Shown here one piece after another: positions 29,796 through 39,753 of a stretch of 45,917 bases of DNA. The DNA is from an uncultured Arcobacteraceae bacterium. GTDB taxonomy: Bacteria > Campylobacterota > Campylobacteria > Campylobacterales > Arcobacteraceae. Every line of letters begins with the position of its first letter. The first letter of the stretch is position 1. The notes beneath the pieces are model-generated. The model was not told the DNA's origin, did no database searches, and saw only the letters and a list, made by a program, of their open reading frames with translations. The stretch lies in the NCBI GenBank assembly GCA_964564065.1, contig CAZLZQ010000002.1:1-45917 (forward strand), read 5' to 3'. A program made the position numbers and the translations under genes.

Positions 29796-30413
29796 CTATT
29801 TTTCACCTATATATCCTGTTTTGGGCTCAATTGTTATAGTTCTAAAATCATCATTTATATCATAAAGTTTTATCTCACATCTATTTAATATCTCTTTGGG
29901 ATTGGAACCTAATTGGGAATATATTCGTCCATCATATCCAAAACTTATCTGACCTATAGCATCAGTAGTATTACAACTTACCTCAACTTTTGTTACACCA
30001 TACTCTTTTGTTAAAAGTATATATTTACTTGTATCATATCTATTTATACAGCTACTTGTACTATATAAATATTTTAAACTCAAAGGGTCTTTTAAAGTTT
30101 CACTCTTCTTAAAATGTGCTGTACCACCACTTTCATCACTATAAATTACATAGTATAATCCACCAACACTAGAAGAGCATCTTTGAAATTTTAAAGTCCA
30201 TAATTTTTTCTTCCATTGCTCATCTTCCACATCATATTTATTATCAATATGAGCTATATATCTAGTATAATTAAGATTTAGAATTATTTTATCAACTGCT
30301 AGATTTAGTTTTGAGATTGTACTCTTTGGAATAATTTGTGAGCTAATAATTGCAACTATTACAATAACAAATATTAACTCTAAAAGTGAGAATGATCTTC
30401 TAAATATTCTCAA
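29796..30413 (-). CDS. prepilin-type N-terminal cleavage/methylation domain protein (pseudopilin)
   Basis: RRS|FSLLELIFVIVIVAII with Glu at +5; TTG start. Confidence 0.85.
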   Translation of the reverse strand: MRIFRRSFSLLELIFVIVIVAIISSQIIPKSTISKLNLAVDKIILNLNYTRYIAHIDNKYDVEDEQWKKKLWTLKFQRCSSSVGGLYYVIYSDESGGTAHFKKSETLKDPLSLKYLYSTSSCINRYDTSKYILLTKEYGVTKVEVSCNTTDAIGQISFGYDGRIYSQLGSNPKEILNRCEIKLYDINDDFRTITIEPKTGYIGEK

Positions 30414-30422
30414 CTTTTACCA

Positions 30423-31625
<1,203 letters not shown>

Positions 31626-31741
31626 TTAATAAAGTATTATTATTTAATTAATTTTTAATTTATTTTGTTAAATAAACATCTAATATTTATTATATTCTTT
31701 TTTAGCTATAATCAAATAAATTTATAAGAGGATATTTTAAT

Positions 31742-33046
31742 ATGAAACAATTTTTAGTACTACTTTTTTCTGCTATTTTAACAAGTAGCTTAATAGCAAA
31801 AGAGGATATAAAACAAGAGGTTCATAAAGAACCAACTAGACTAGAATCATATACAAAACTACAAAAAGTTATTGCTGCAGTTGAACTACTTTATGTAGAT
31901 GATATAAACCTTAGTAAAATTGTAGATAATTCTATTACTGGTTTACTTCATGAACTAGATGCACATTCTTCAATGCTAAATAAAGAATCATACAAAGAGA
32001 TGAAAGTAGAAACAAAAGGTGAATTTGGTGGTTTAGGAATTGTAATAAGTACAAAAGATGGAGCACTTACTATTATCTCACCAATTGATGATACTCCCGC
32101 TTATGAAGCTGGTGTAAAAGCTGGTGATATTATTTTAAAAATAAATGATGAGTCAACACTTAATATGAGTTTATCTGATGCAGTTGATATTATGAGAGGA
32201 AAAGTTGGAACACCTATTGATATAACTATTGTTAGAAAAGGTGAAGTTGAACCTATAAATATTCATATCATAAGAGATATTATAAAAATCCAATCTGTTT
32301 ATGCAAAACTAATAGATGATGATATTTTATATCTTAGAATCTCATCTTTTATGGATATGAAAGTATCTTCAGAGTTGAAAAAATATATTAAACAATATAA
32401 AAATAAAACTAAAGCTATCGTTTTAGATCTTAGAAACAATCCAGGTGGTCAGTTAGGTCAAGCAATTGAAACGGTAGATTTATTTGTTAATAAAGGGATT
32501 ATAGTTTCACAAAGAGGTAGAGATAAAACTGATAATGAAGAGTTTAAAGCAACATCAAATTCAACAGTTACAGATGTACCTATGGTTGTTTTAGTAAATG
32601 AAGGTAGTGCAAGTGCAAGTGAAATTGTAAGTGGTGCATTACAAGATTTAAAACGAGCTGTTATTATTGGTAAAAATACATTTGGTAAAGGTAGTGTACA
32701 AAGAATCATACCTATCGTTGATGATGGAAGTGAAGCTATAAAATTAACTATTGCAAAATATTATTTACCAAGTGGAAGAACAATTCAAGCAAAAGGTATT
32801 ATTCCAGATGTTGATGTATTTGCAGGTAAAGTTGTAGTTCAAAAAGAATCAGCTTTTAATCTAAAAGAATCAAATATGAGAAAGCACTTAGAGGGTGAAC
32901 TTTCAAAAATAGGTACTGTAGAAAAAGAGGATAGCAACACAACAAAAGAAGATAAAACTATCATAACTCAAGAACAAATATTAAAAGACAATCAACTAAA
33001 AGCAGGTGTTGATATACTAAAATCTTTGATTATAATGAATAAATAA
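31742..33046 (+). CDS. ctpA: S41A carboxy-terminal processing protease with PDZ domain
   Basis: Signal peptide, GEFGGLGI, DLRNNPGG, SASASEIVSGALQD, TFGKGSVQ, YYLPSGRTIQAKGI. Confidence 0.93.
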   Translation: MKQFLVLLFSAILTSSLIAKEDIKQEVHKEPTRLESYTKLQKVIAAVELLYVDDINLSKIVDNSITGLLHELDAHSSMLNKESYKEMKVETKGEFGGLGIVISTKDGALTIISPIDDTPAYEAGVKAGDIILKINDESTLNMSLSDAVDIMRGKVGTPIDITIVRKGEVEPINIHIIRDIIKIQSVYAKLIDDDILYLRISSFMDMKVSSELKKYIKQYKNKTKAIVLDLRNNPGGQLGQAIETVDLFVNKGIIVSQRGRDKTDNEEFKATSNSTVTDVPMVVLVNEGSASASEIVSGALQDLKRAVIIGKNTFGKGSVQRIIPIVDDGSEAIKLTIAKYYLPSGRTIQAKGIIPDVDVFAGKVVVQKESAFNLKESNMRKHLEGELSKIGTVEKEDSNTTKEDKTIITQEQILKDNQLKAGVDILKSLIIMNK

Positions 33047-33057
33047 AAAGGAAAAAA

Positions 33058-34011
33058 ATGAATATAAATGAGATAATATCACTTGGGCTTTGGCCTGAGT
33101 CAAAAAAAACTACAACACAAAAAGGTATTACTGAACTTGAAGAGTTAGGTTATAACTTATTTTACATAGGTAAAAATGCAGACCTTTATACTTGTCCAGG
33201 AGATGACCCTAAAGTACTATTAGTAAGAAGTGATAGATGTTCAGTATTTGATATCCCACTTAATCTTGAAATTGATGGAAAAGGTGTTTCTCAAACTGCT
33301 ATATCTAATGATGGTGCAATATTTGCTAAAGAGTCAGGGATAAGAACTGCAATATTAAGTGAAAATGTAGACGATAGTTTAGCAATAGCACCTAGATGTC
33401 AAATTATGGAACTTTGCAAACCTCTAGAAGCAAAAATTGATGGAGAAATTGTACAGTTTGAATTTATATTTAGAAACTATCTTACAGGTTCATTATATGA
33501 AGCTTGTCAAAACGGAAATGACCCTTATGGATTAAATTTACCAAATGATTTAAAACAATGGCATAAATTTGAAACTCCAATTTTTACACCTACTACAAAA
33601 GGGGTAAAAGATATACCACTAAATTCTAATAAAGTAAGAGAACTATTTCCAGATATTATAAATAGTTTAGAAAAATTATTTAAAGAGTTTACTCAATATG
33701 CTTATGAAAATGGTATCATTGTTGTTGATACAAAACTTGAGGTTTTTGTAAGTGCAGATGGTCAGTGGATTTTAGGTGATGAAATATTAACACCAGAGAG
33801 TTCAAGATTTATAGATAAAAAAGATTTTGAAAATGGAGACTTTATCTCAATGGATAAACAGATTCTTCGTAATTTTGCAAAAGAAAATAGCTGGAAAGAG
33901 AGATCAAAAGATTTAAAAACTGGTGAAAAACTAGAGGTTGAAGTTCCAAACTCTATTAAAGATGTAATTATAGATGGTTATAACACAATATATAATAGAT
34001 TACATAAATAG
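33058..34011 (+). CDS. purC: SAICAR synthetase (long, ADE1-like type)
   Basis: GKNADLY, SDRCSVFD, DGKG, RNYLTGS, PIFTPTTK, VDTKLE, DEILTPESSRF, DKQILR; upstream of purS. Confidence 0.88.
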   Translation: MNINEIISLGLWPESKKTTTQKGITELEELGYNLFYIGKNADLYTCPGDDPKVLLVRSDRCSVFDIPLNLEIDGKGVSQTAISNDGAIFAKESGIRTAILSENVDDSLAIAPRCQIMELCKPLEAKIDGEIVQFEFIFRNYLTGSLYEACQNGNDPYGLNLPNDLKQWHKFETPIFTPTTKGVKDIPLNSNKVRELFPDIINSLEKLFKEFTQYAYENGIIVVDTKLEVFVSADGQWILGDEILTPESSRFIDKKDFENGDFISMDKQILRNFAKENSWKERSKDLKTGEKLEVEVPNSIKDVIIDGYNTIYNRLHK

Positions 34012-34048
34012 AGATTTTATGTCTAAATTGTTGTAAGGCAACTTTAGA

Positions 34049-34054
34049 TATAAT
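34049..34054 (+). promoter_or_regulatory. -10 box TATAAT upstream of purS
   Basis: TATAAT in the purC-purS intergenic region, followed by an AAGG RBS. Confidence 0.5.
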
Positions 34055-34084
34055 CGCATAATAATTAAGATACGAAGGTAAGAA

Positions 34085-34330
34085 ATGAAAGCAATAATCA
34101 ACATAGGACTTAAAAAAGGTGTTTTAGACTCAGCAGGAAAAGCAGCACATCACACACTTGATACAGTTGGATTTAAAGATGTAGTAAAAGATGTAAGAAT
34201 TGGGAAACAAATTGTTATGGAATTAAACTGTACTGATGAGATAACTGCTAAAGAGGAAGCTACAAAAATGTGTGAGCAACTTTTAGCAAATACTGTAATT
34301 GAAGATTACGAAATTACAATAGTAGCATAA
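34085..34330 (+). CDS. purS: FGAM synthase subunit PurS
   Basis: LKKGVLDSAGKA, VRIGK, MCEQLLANTVIEDY. Confidence 0.95.
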   Translation: MKAIINIGLKKGVLDSAGKAAHHTLDTVGFKDVVKDVRIGKQIVMELNCTDEITAKEEATKMCEQLLANTVIEDYEITIVA

Positions 34331-34331
34331 T

Positions 34332-35003
34332 ATGAAAGTTACAGTATTACAATTTCCAGGTACTAACTGTGAGTATGATACAAAATATGCTTTTGAAAAA
34401 CTAGGTGCTGATGTTGAAATCATCTGGCATGAGGAGACTGAACTTCCTCAAGATACTGATCTTGTAGTTGCTCCAGGTGGATTTTCTTATGGTGATTATT
34501 TAAGAAGTGGTGCTTTAGCTAAATTTGCACCAATTATGGAAGCAGTAAAACAATATGCTAATAATGGTGGAAAAGTTTTAGGTATTTGTAACGGTTTTCA
34601 AATCTTAACAGAAACAGGACTTCTTCCTGGTGCTTTAAAAAGAAATGATAACTTACACTTTATATCAAAACATCATCATCTTAAAGTTGTAAATAATGAC
34701 AATTCTTTTTTAGAAGAGTTAAATAATGGAGATATTGTAAATATTCCAGTAGCACATCATGATGGAAGTTATTTTATTGATGATGCAGGACTAGAAGAAT
34801 TAAAACAAAATGGTCAAATATTACTTCAGTATTGTAATGAAGCTGGTGAAAACCAAGTTTTAAATGGTAGCGTAGAACAAATAGCAGGTATCTGTAACAA
34901 AGAAAAAAATGTATTTGGTCTTATGCCTCATCCTGAAAGAGCAATGGAGAGTTTACTTGGTTGTGATGATGGAGTAAAAATGCTTCAAGGTTTTTTTAAA
35001 TAA
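34332..35003 (+). CDS. purQ: FGAM synthase glutaminase subunit PurQ
   Basis: FPGTNC, PGGFSYGDYLRSGA, GICNGFQIL, MPHPER. Confidence 0.97.
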   Translation: MKVTVLQFPGTNCEYDTKYAFEKLGADVEIIWHEETELPQDTDLVVAPGGFSYGDYLRSGALAKFAPIMEAVKQYANNGGKVLGICNGFQILTETGLLPGALKRNDNLHFISKHHHLKVVNNDNSFLEELNNGDIVNIPVAHHDGSYFIDDAGLEELKQNGQILLQYCNEAGENQVLNGSVEQIAGICNKEKNVFGLMPHPERAMESLLGCDDGVKMLQGFFK

Positions 35004-35025
35004 GCTATAATTTAAGTAGGAAAAT

Positions 35026-36099
35026 ATGAAATTTAATTTAAAAATATTCCTACTTATAACTATCTTTATATCATCACTTTTTTCTCAAGATGATATAAAA
35101 TCAAAAGATATCTATATCGATTATATATCTTATCCAAAAAGAGTTTTTACAAAACAAAAGTTTGATGTTATTTTAAAAGCAACTATCTTAATCAATCAAG
35201 ATAAATATGATAAAATAATAACAACATTTGAGGGTGAAGAAAATATAGATATACCAGAGAGTACACCAGTCTGGGTAAATACAAAAGAGAATATTTTTAT
35301 ATCAAAAATTATTTACAAAAGTAAAGATAAACAATTTACTTTACCAAACATAACTCTTGCTTTATTAAAAAATGAAGTGATCGTTGATTTTATATCTATT
35401 AAACCTCCAAAAATAAAATTTGAAAAAATTGCTCTAAACCAAAAACTATTTTCAAATATAATAGCATCAAATTTAGAGATAAATACTATTAAAACAAAAC
35501 AATATACAAATAGCATGCTTCTAAGTACTATAAATATTGAAGCAACTAATAGTAATCTCGAAGATATGAGATTAAATGAATTTAATGATCAAGGTATTAA
35601 AAGCTTAACAGATAAAGCACCATACCAAAACATATACTACTATGTTATGATTCCTAGCCACACTAAAGAGATAAAATTCACTTACTATAACACTATTTTA
35701 AAAGACTTTGTAATGATAACTTTACCAATATCTTTAGATGAAGAGTTAGTTAGTACTCAAACAGATTTAAACCCTTATAACAGTAGTATTTTAATATATA
35801 AACAATTTAGTACTTTAGTTATACTAATTATTGTTATAATATTATTTATAATTACAAAGCAAAATAAATATTTATTTATAATAGTTATCCTTATAAGTAT
35901 TATAGGATATCTATTTATCCCAAATAAAAAAATAATAATACCTGTAAACACAAAGATATATATACTTCCAACTAAACATTCAACAGTATATAAAATTTTA
36001 GAAAACAAAGAATTAGTAGAGATAATAAATAAAAAAGACAAGTATATAAAAGTACTATTTAAAAATGACAATATAGGATGGATCAAAGATGATAGGTAA
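35026..36099 (+). CDS. conserved exported/membrane protein with C-terminal SH3-like segment
   Basis: Signal peptide, two C-terminal TM helices, YILPT...IGW tail. TATAAT at 35006-11 and AGGA upstream. Confidence 0.7.
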   Translation: MKFNLKIFLLITIFISSLFSQDDIKSKDIYIDYISYPKRVFTKQKFDVILKATILINQDKYDKIITTFEGEENIDIPESTPVWVNTKENIFISKIIYKSKDKQFTLPNITLALLKNEVIVDFISIKPPKIKFEKIALNQKLFSNIIASNLEINTIKTKQYTNSMLLSTINIEATNSNLEDMRLNEFNDQGIKSLTDKAPYQNIYYYVMIPSHTKEIKFTYYNTILKDFVMITLPISLDEELVSTQTDLNPYNSSILIYKQFSTLVILIIVIILFIITKQNKYLFIIVILISIIGYLFIPNKKIIIPVNTKIYILPTKHSTVYKILENKELVEIINKKDKYIKVLFKNDNIGWIKDDR

Positions 36100-36775
36100 A
36101 CTAAGAGCTGTATTTACAATATTAGAGATGATAGTAACAGTAACAATAACAATAATTTTAATGTATCTATTTAGAAGTAAAAATAGAGGATTAAGAAGAG
36201 CTTGGGCATCAATGCAAATGAAACTTTTAGGTATAACTCTAGAGATCAAAGGTGATATAGATCCAAATGCAGATATGCTTGTTCTGAACCATCAATCTGT
36301 TTTGGACATAATGGTATTTGAATATCTTCATCCAAAGAATTTAGCATGGGTAGCAAAAAAAGAGATAGCAGATATACCATGGTTTGGGCATATTTTAAAA
36401 GCACCAGATATGATTATTGTTGAGAGAGAAAGTAAAAGTAGTTTAGTTAAACTAATAAAAGAGAGTAAAGAGAAGTTAGAACAGCAAAGACCTATCGCAA
36501 TTTTTCCAGAAGGTACAAGATCTGATGGAACAAAAATAAGAAAGTTTAAAGCTGGTGCAAAAATGATTGCAAATAAATATAACTTAAAAGTACAACCAGC
36601 AATTTTAGTTGGAACTAGAACTATTTTAGATTCACAGAACCTAAAACAAAGTAGTGGTACTGTAAAAATTATATATCTACCAGTTGTAGAAGCTAAAAAA
36701 GGTGAAGATTGGTATGAGAAAATAGAACAAGATATGTCAGAAGTTTTAAAAAAAGAATTAAATAGTGACATTTAA
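36089..36775 (+). CDS. plsC: 1-acyl-sn-glycerol-3-phosphate acyltransferase
   Basis: NHQSVLD, AKKE, IFPEGTRS, FKAGA. Confidence 0.93.
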   Translation: MIGKLRAVFTILEMIVTVTITIILMYLFRSKNRGLRRAWASMQMKLLGITLEIKGDIDPNADMLVLNHQSVLDIMVFEYLHPKNLAWVAKKEIADIPWFGHILKAPDMIIVERESKSSLVKLIKESKEKLEQQRPIAIFPEGTRSDGTKIRKFKAGAKMIANKYNLKVQPAILVGTRTILDSQNLKQSSGTVKIIYLPVVEAKKGEDWYEKIEQDMSEVLKKELNSDI

Positions 36776-37151
36776 TCTTTCAACAGTAATAGCCGTAGGA
36801 AGCGGTGGTTTTCTAGGAGCTATATCGAGATTTTTCATTGGTATTCAAGTTGTTAAATATTTTCCACATCAACTACCTCTTGCTACTTTAGGGGTAAATG
36901 TTTTAGGTAGCTTTATCATTGGTCTATTAGTGGGTTTATTTTTACACTTTACCCCATCAAATGAACTAAAAGGTTTTTTAGTTATAGGTTTTTTAGGAGC
37001 ATTTACAACTTATTCTAGTTTTGCCATTGAAAGTTATATGTTGCTTAATAGTTCTTTTTGGTATGGTATTTTAAATATACTATTAAATGTAGTAGGTACA
37101 ATAGTATCTGCAGGATTAGGTTATAAATTAATATTTTATTTTTTAAAATAA
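36765..37151 (+). CDS. crcB: fluoride efflux channel Fluc/CrcB
   Basis: GGFLGAISRF, PLATLGVNVLGSF, GFLGAFTTYSSF. Confidence 0.95.
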   Translation: MTFNLSTVIAVGSGGFLGAISRFFIGIQVVKYFPHQLPLATLGVNVLGSFIIGLLVGLFLHFTPSNELKGFLVIGFLGAFTTYSSFAIESYMLLNSSFWYGILNILLNVVGTIVSAGLGYKLIFYFLK

Positions 37152-37163
37152 AAAAGGGAAAAA

Positions 37164-38021
37164 ATGCAAGTATATATATACGCAAAAAGTGGTCATAATT
37201 TTGGCTTAGAGAATGTAAGAAGAGCAAGTGCTTTATGTAATATTTTTAAAAGTACAGACCCTATTCTTTGTACTGCAGATTATAGAGCCGCTACTTTTGC
37301 AAAAAGTGAACTAGGTATCAATAGAGGAGTAGGTATTGATGTGATTGGAAATCTACCTCATGTTATGGAGAGAGGCGATATCCTTATCTATGATGATAGC
37401 AATGAAGCTAGTGAAACTATGCAAGAGCATATGGAACAATTTTGCTCAAACCTTTATAAAGTAGGCAAAGATATCCCTTTTGATATTGTAGATGATACAT
37501 TTAAAAATGACATGGAAACAAAATATGAAAAAGCAATATTCTTTGCAGATGATGACTATGCAAATTGGTTTTTTGAGTTAGCATTAAAATCTACAAAACA
37601 AGATATTCCAATGATTTTAGGTCATTATTTTTTCCTAGGAAATGATGAAAAACTAAAAAATTCTTTTAGTGAATTGATTGAAGAGGAAGATTATATTGAT
37701 ACAATAAAAACAACAAAATATCTTTTAAGTGGATCAATTCATAGTTGTTTAGAATCAATAGCAAGTGGTAATTTTCCAGTATTCTTTAAAAGAAAAGATA
37801 AAGAAACTATTGAAAATATAGAACTTTTAGATAAATATAACATCCCAACTGCATCAGGAGATAGCTTAGATGAAATTATTAATAATTTTAATAAAATAAT
37901 AAAGAATTATCCTGAAATAAAGACACTTGAAAAATTTGATTTTTCAATAATAGAAAAAGAGATAAATGATACTATTAAAAAATTTGAGATGATTCAACCA
38001 TCTTTGGATTATAAATTTTAG
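37164..38021 (+). CDS. hypothetical protein, PseG/SpsG-like GT-B fold suspected
   Basis: N-terminal YAKSGHNFGLENVRRASAL resembles the PseG N-terminal motif; C-terminal ESIASG resembles the GT-B nucleotide-binding region. Confidence 0.6.
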   Translation: MQVYIYAKSGHNFGLENVRRASALCNIFKSTDPILCTADYRAATFAKSELGINRGVGIDVIGNLPHVMERGDILIYDDSNEASETMQEHMEQFCSNLYKVGKDIPFDIVDDTFKNDMETKYEKAIFFADDDYANWFFELALKSTKQDIPMILGHYFFLGNDEKLKNSFSELIEEEDYIDTIKTTKYLLSGSIHSCLESIASGNFPVFFKRKDKETIENIELLDKYNIPTASGDSLDEIINNFNKIIKNYPEIKTLEKFDFSIIEKEINDTIKKFEMIQPSLDYKF

Positions 38022-39689
38022 ATGATACATAATAACTTTAAAGATCAACTAAAGCAGATGCTTAACTGTGATATAAAAGCATTATATCCTCTAGCTCGTG
38101 AACTTAACCGTAAATTATATTTTTATGTAGGACCTACAAATAGTGGTAAAACATATCAAGCTATGCAAGAGATGATTAATGCTGATACAGGTACTTATCT
38201 AGCACCTTTAAGATTACTTGCTTTAGAAAACTATGAAAATTTACTTTCAAATAATACTCCAGCTTCACTTGTAACAGGAGAAGAAGAGATATTTGATGAA
38301 GATGCAGGACATATATGTTCAACTATAGAGATGATAAATTTCAATCTTGAAGTTGATGTATGTGTAATAGATGAAGTTCAAATGTTAGCAGATGATGATA
38401 GAGGTTGGGCATGGGTGAATGCAATTTTAGGTTCACCTGCATCTAAAGTTATCATGACTGGTAGTGTAAATGCTTTAGATATAGTAAAAAAAATAGCTAC
38501 TTATTTAGATGAAGAGTTAGAGATAGTTAGATTTAAAAGAAAGAATCCTTTAAAAGTTTTAGATAAACATATAACTTTAAGAGATATTCCAAAAGCAACT
38601 GCACTTATAGCTTTTAGTAGAAAAGATGTACTTGCATTAAAAGCAAAACTAAGTAAATATCATACAGTATCAGTTTTATATGGAAACCTAAGTCCAGAAG
38701 TAAGAAAAGAGGAAGCAAAAAGATTTAGAAGTGGAGAGAGTGATATATTAGTAGCTACTGATGCTATTGCTATGGGTCTTAATCTACCAATACAAACTCT
38801 ACTTTTTACAACAGATACAAAGTTTGATGGAATAAGTAAAAGAAAATTATTACCAAATGAAGTTATACAAATAGCAGGTCGAGCAGGTCGATATGGTCAC
38901 CATGAGATTGGACATATAGGAGCAACTACAGGAAATGTACTAAAACATATATCTGAGATGTTTACTTCCCCAATGGCAACAATCAAACCACCTGTAAAAG
39001 TAAAAGCAACATCTTCGCAAGTAGAAGAGCTATCAACACTTTTAGATACAAAAAGTTTAACAAAAATATTAAAATACTTTTTAAAACATATGAAATTTGA
39101 TGGTCCTTTTAGAGCAACAAATATAAAACTTATGATAGAACTTGCTGAGATATTAGATAATAAACCAGAGTTGAGTTTAGAAGATAAATATATGTTAGCT
39201 TCTGCTCCTATAAATACAAGGTCACCACTTATTAAAAATGGTTACATCAAATATGTTAATGCAATTTTAAATCATAAGATTACTAGATACAATGTAAGTA
39301 CAAAAACATCTGGTATAGCAAAAACTCAAAGAGATCTACTTTTAGCAGAAGATGAAGTAAAAAAAATATCACTTTACTTGTGGCTTAGCTATAAACTTCC
39401 ACATCTTTTTCCAGATAAAACTAAAGCAGAACAGATTAGAATAGAGTTAAATTACTATTGTGAAAACTCACTAAAATCAAATAAATTATTAAAAGATGAT
39501 AGGCATAAGCCAAATAGATTTCAAAAAAATCGAGGTGGATATAGTAATAGAAATAAATTTAATGATAAAGATAAAAACCCCAGAGATCCTAAAAGTAGAA
39601 ATCATAGAAAAAAAAGGGAAGATAGTGATGATGAAAATAAACATAAATCAAGAAAGAGAAATAATAGAAATAGAAGAACTAGTAGGTAA
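38022..39689 (+). CDS. SUV3-like SF2 RNA/DNA helicase
   Basis: GPTNSGKT, APLRLLA, TGEE, IDEVQM, RGWAW, YGNLSPEVR, ATDAIAMGLNL, QIAGRAGR, SUV3_C-like LYLWLSYK; Arg/Lys-rich tail. Confidence 0.9.
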   Translation: MIHNNFKDQLKQMLNCDIKALYPLARELNRKLYFYVGPTNSGKTYQAMQEMINADTGTYLAPLRLLALENYENLLSNNTPASLVTGEEEIFDEDAGHICSTIEMINFNLEVDVCVIDEVQMLADDDRGWAWVNAILGSPASKVIMTGSVNALDIVKKIATYLDEELEIVRFKRKNPLKVLDKHITLRDIPKATALIAFSRKDVLALKAKLSKYHTVSVLYGNLSPEVRKEEAKRFRSGESDILVATDAIAMGLNLPIQTLLFTTDTKFDGISKRKLLPNEVIQIAGRAGRYGHHEIGHIGATTGNVLKHISEMFTSPMATIKPPVKVKATSSQVEELSTLLDTKSLTKILKYFLKHMKFDGPFRATNIKLMIELAEILDNKPELSLEDKYMLASAPINTRSPLIKNGYIKYVNAILNHKITRYNVSTKTSGIAKTQRDLLLAEDEVKKISLYLWLSYKLPHLFPDKTKAEQIRIELNYYCENSLKSNKLLKDDRHKPNRFQKNRGGYSNRNKFNDKDKNPRDPKSRNHRKKREDSDDENKHKSRKRNNRNRRTSR

Positions 39690-39710
39690 ATAGCCTTGTA
39701 ACATTTTATT

Positions 39711-39719
39711 TGTTATAAT
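39711..39719 (+). promoter_or_regulatory. extended -10 (TGtTATAAT) for the glmU operon
   Basis: TGTTATAAT about 35 nt upstream of the glmU ATG. Confidence 0.6.
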
Positions 39720-39753
39720 AATACAAAATTTAGATAAAAAGAGAAATATAAAT

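Noticed and set aside
36680-36765. Fluoride riboswitch upstream of crcB
   Set aside because: crcB overlaps plsC, leaving no UTR, and no GGCGATGG-type motif is present.
39496-39693. 65-aa alternate-frame ORF over the helicase tail
   Set aside because: The Ile/Lys/Glu-rich translation is a by-product of the purine-rich low-complexity tail. No slippery site or independent evidence was seen.
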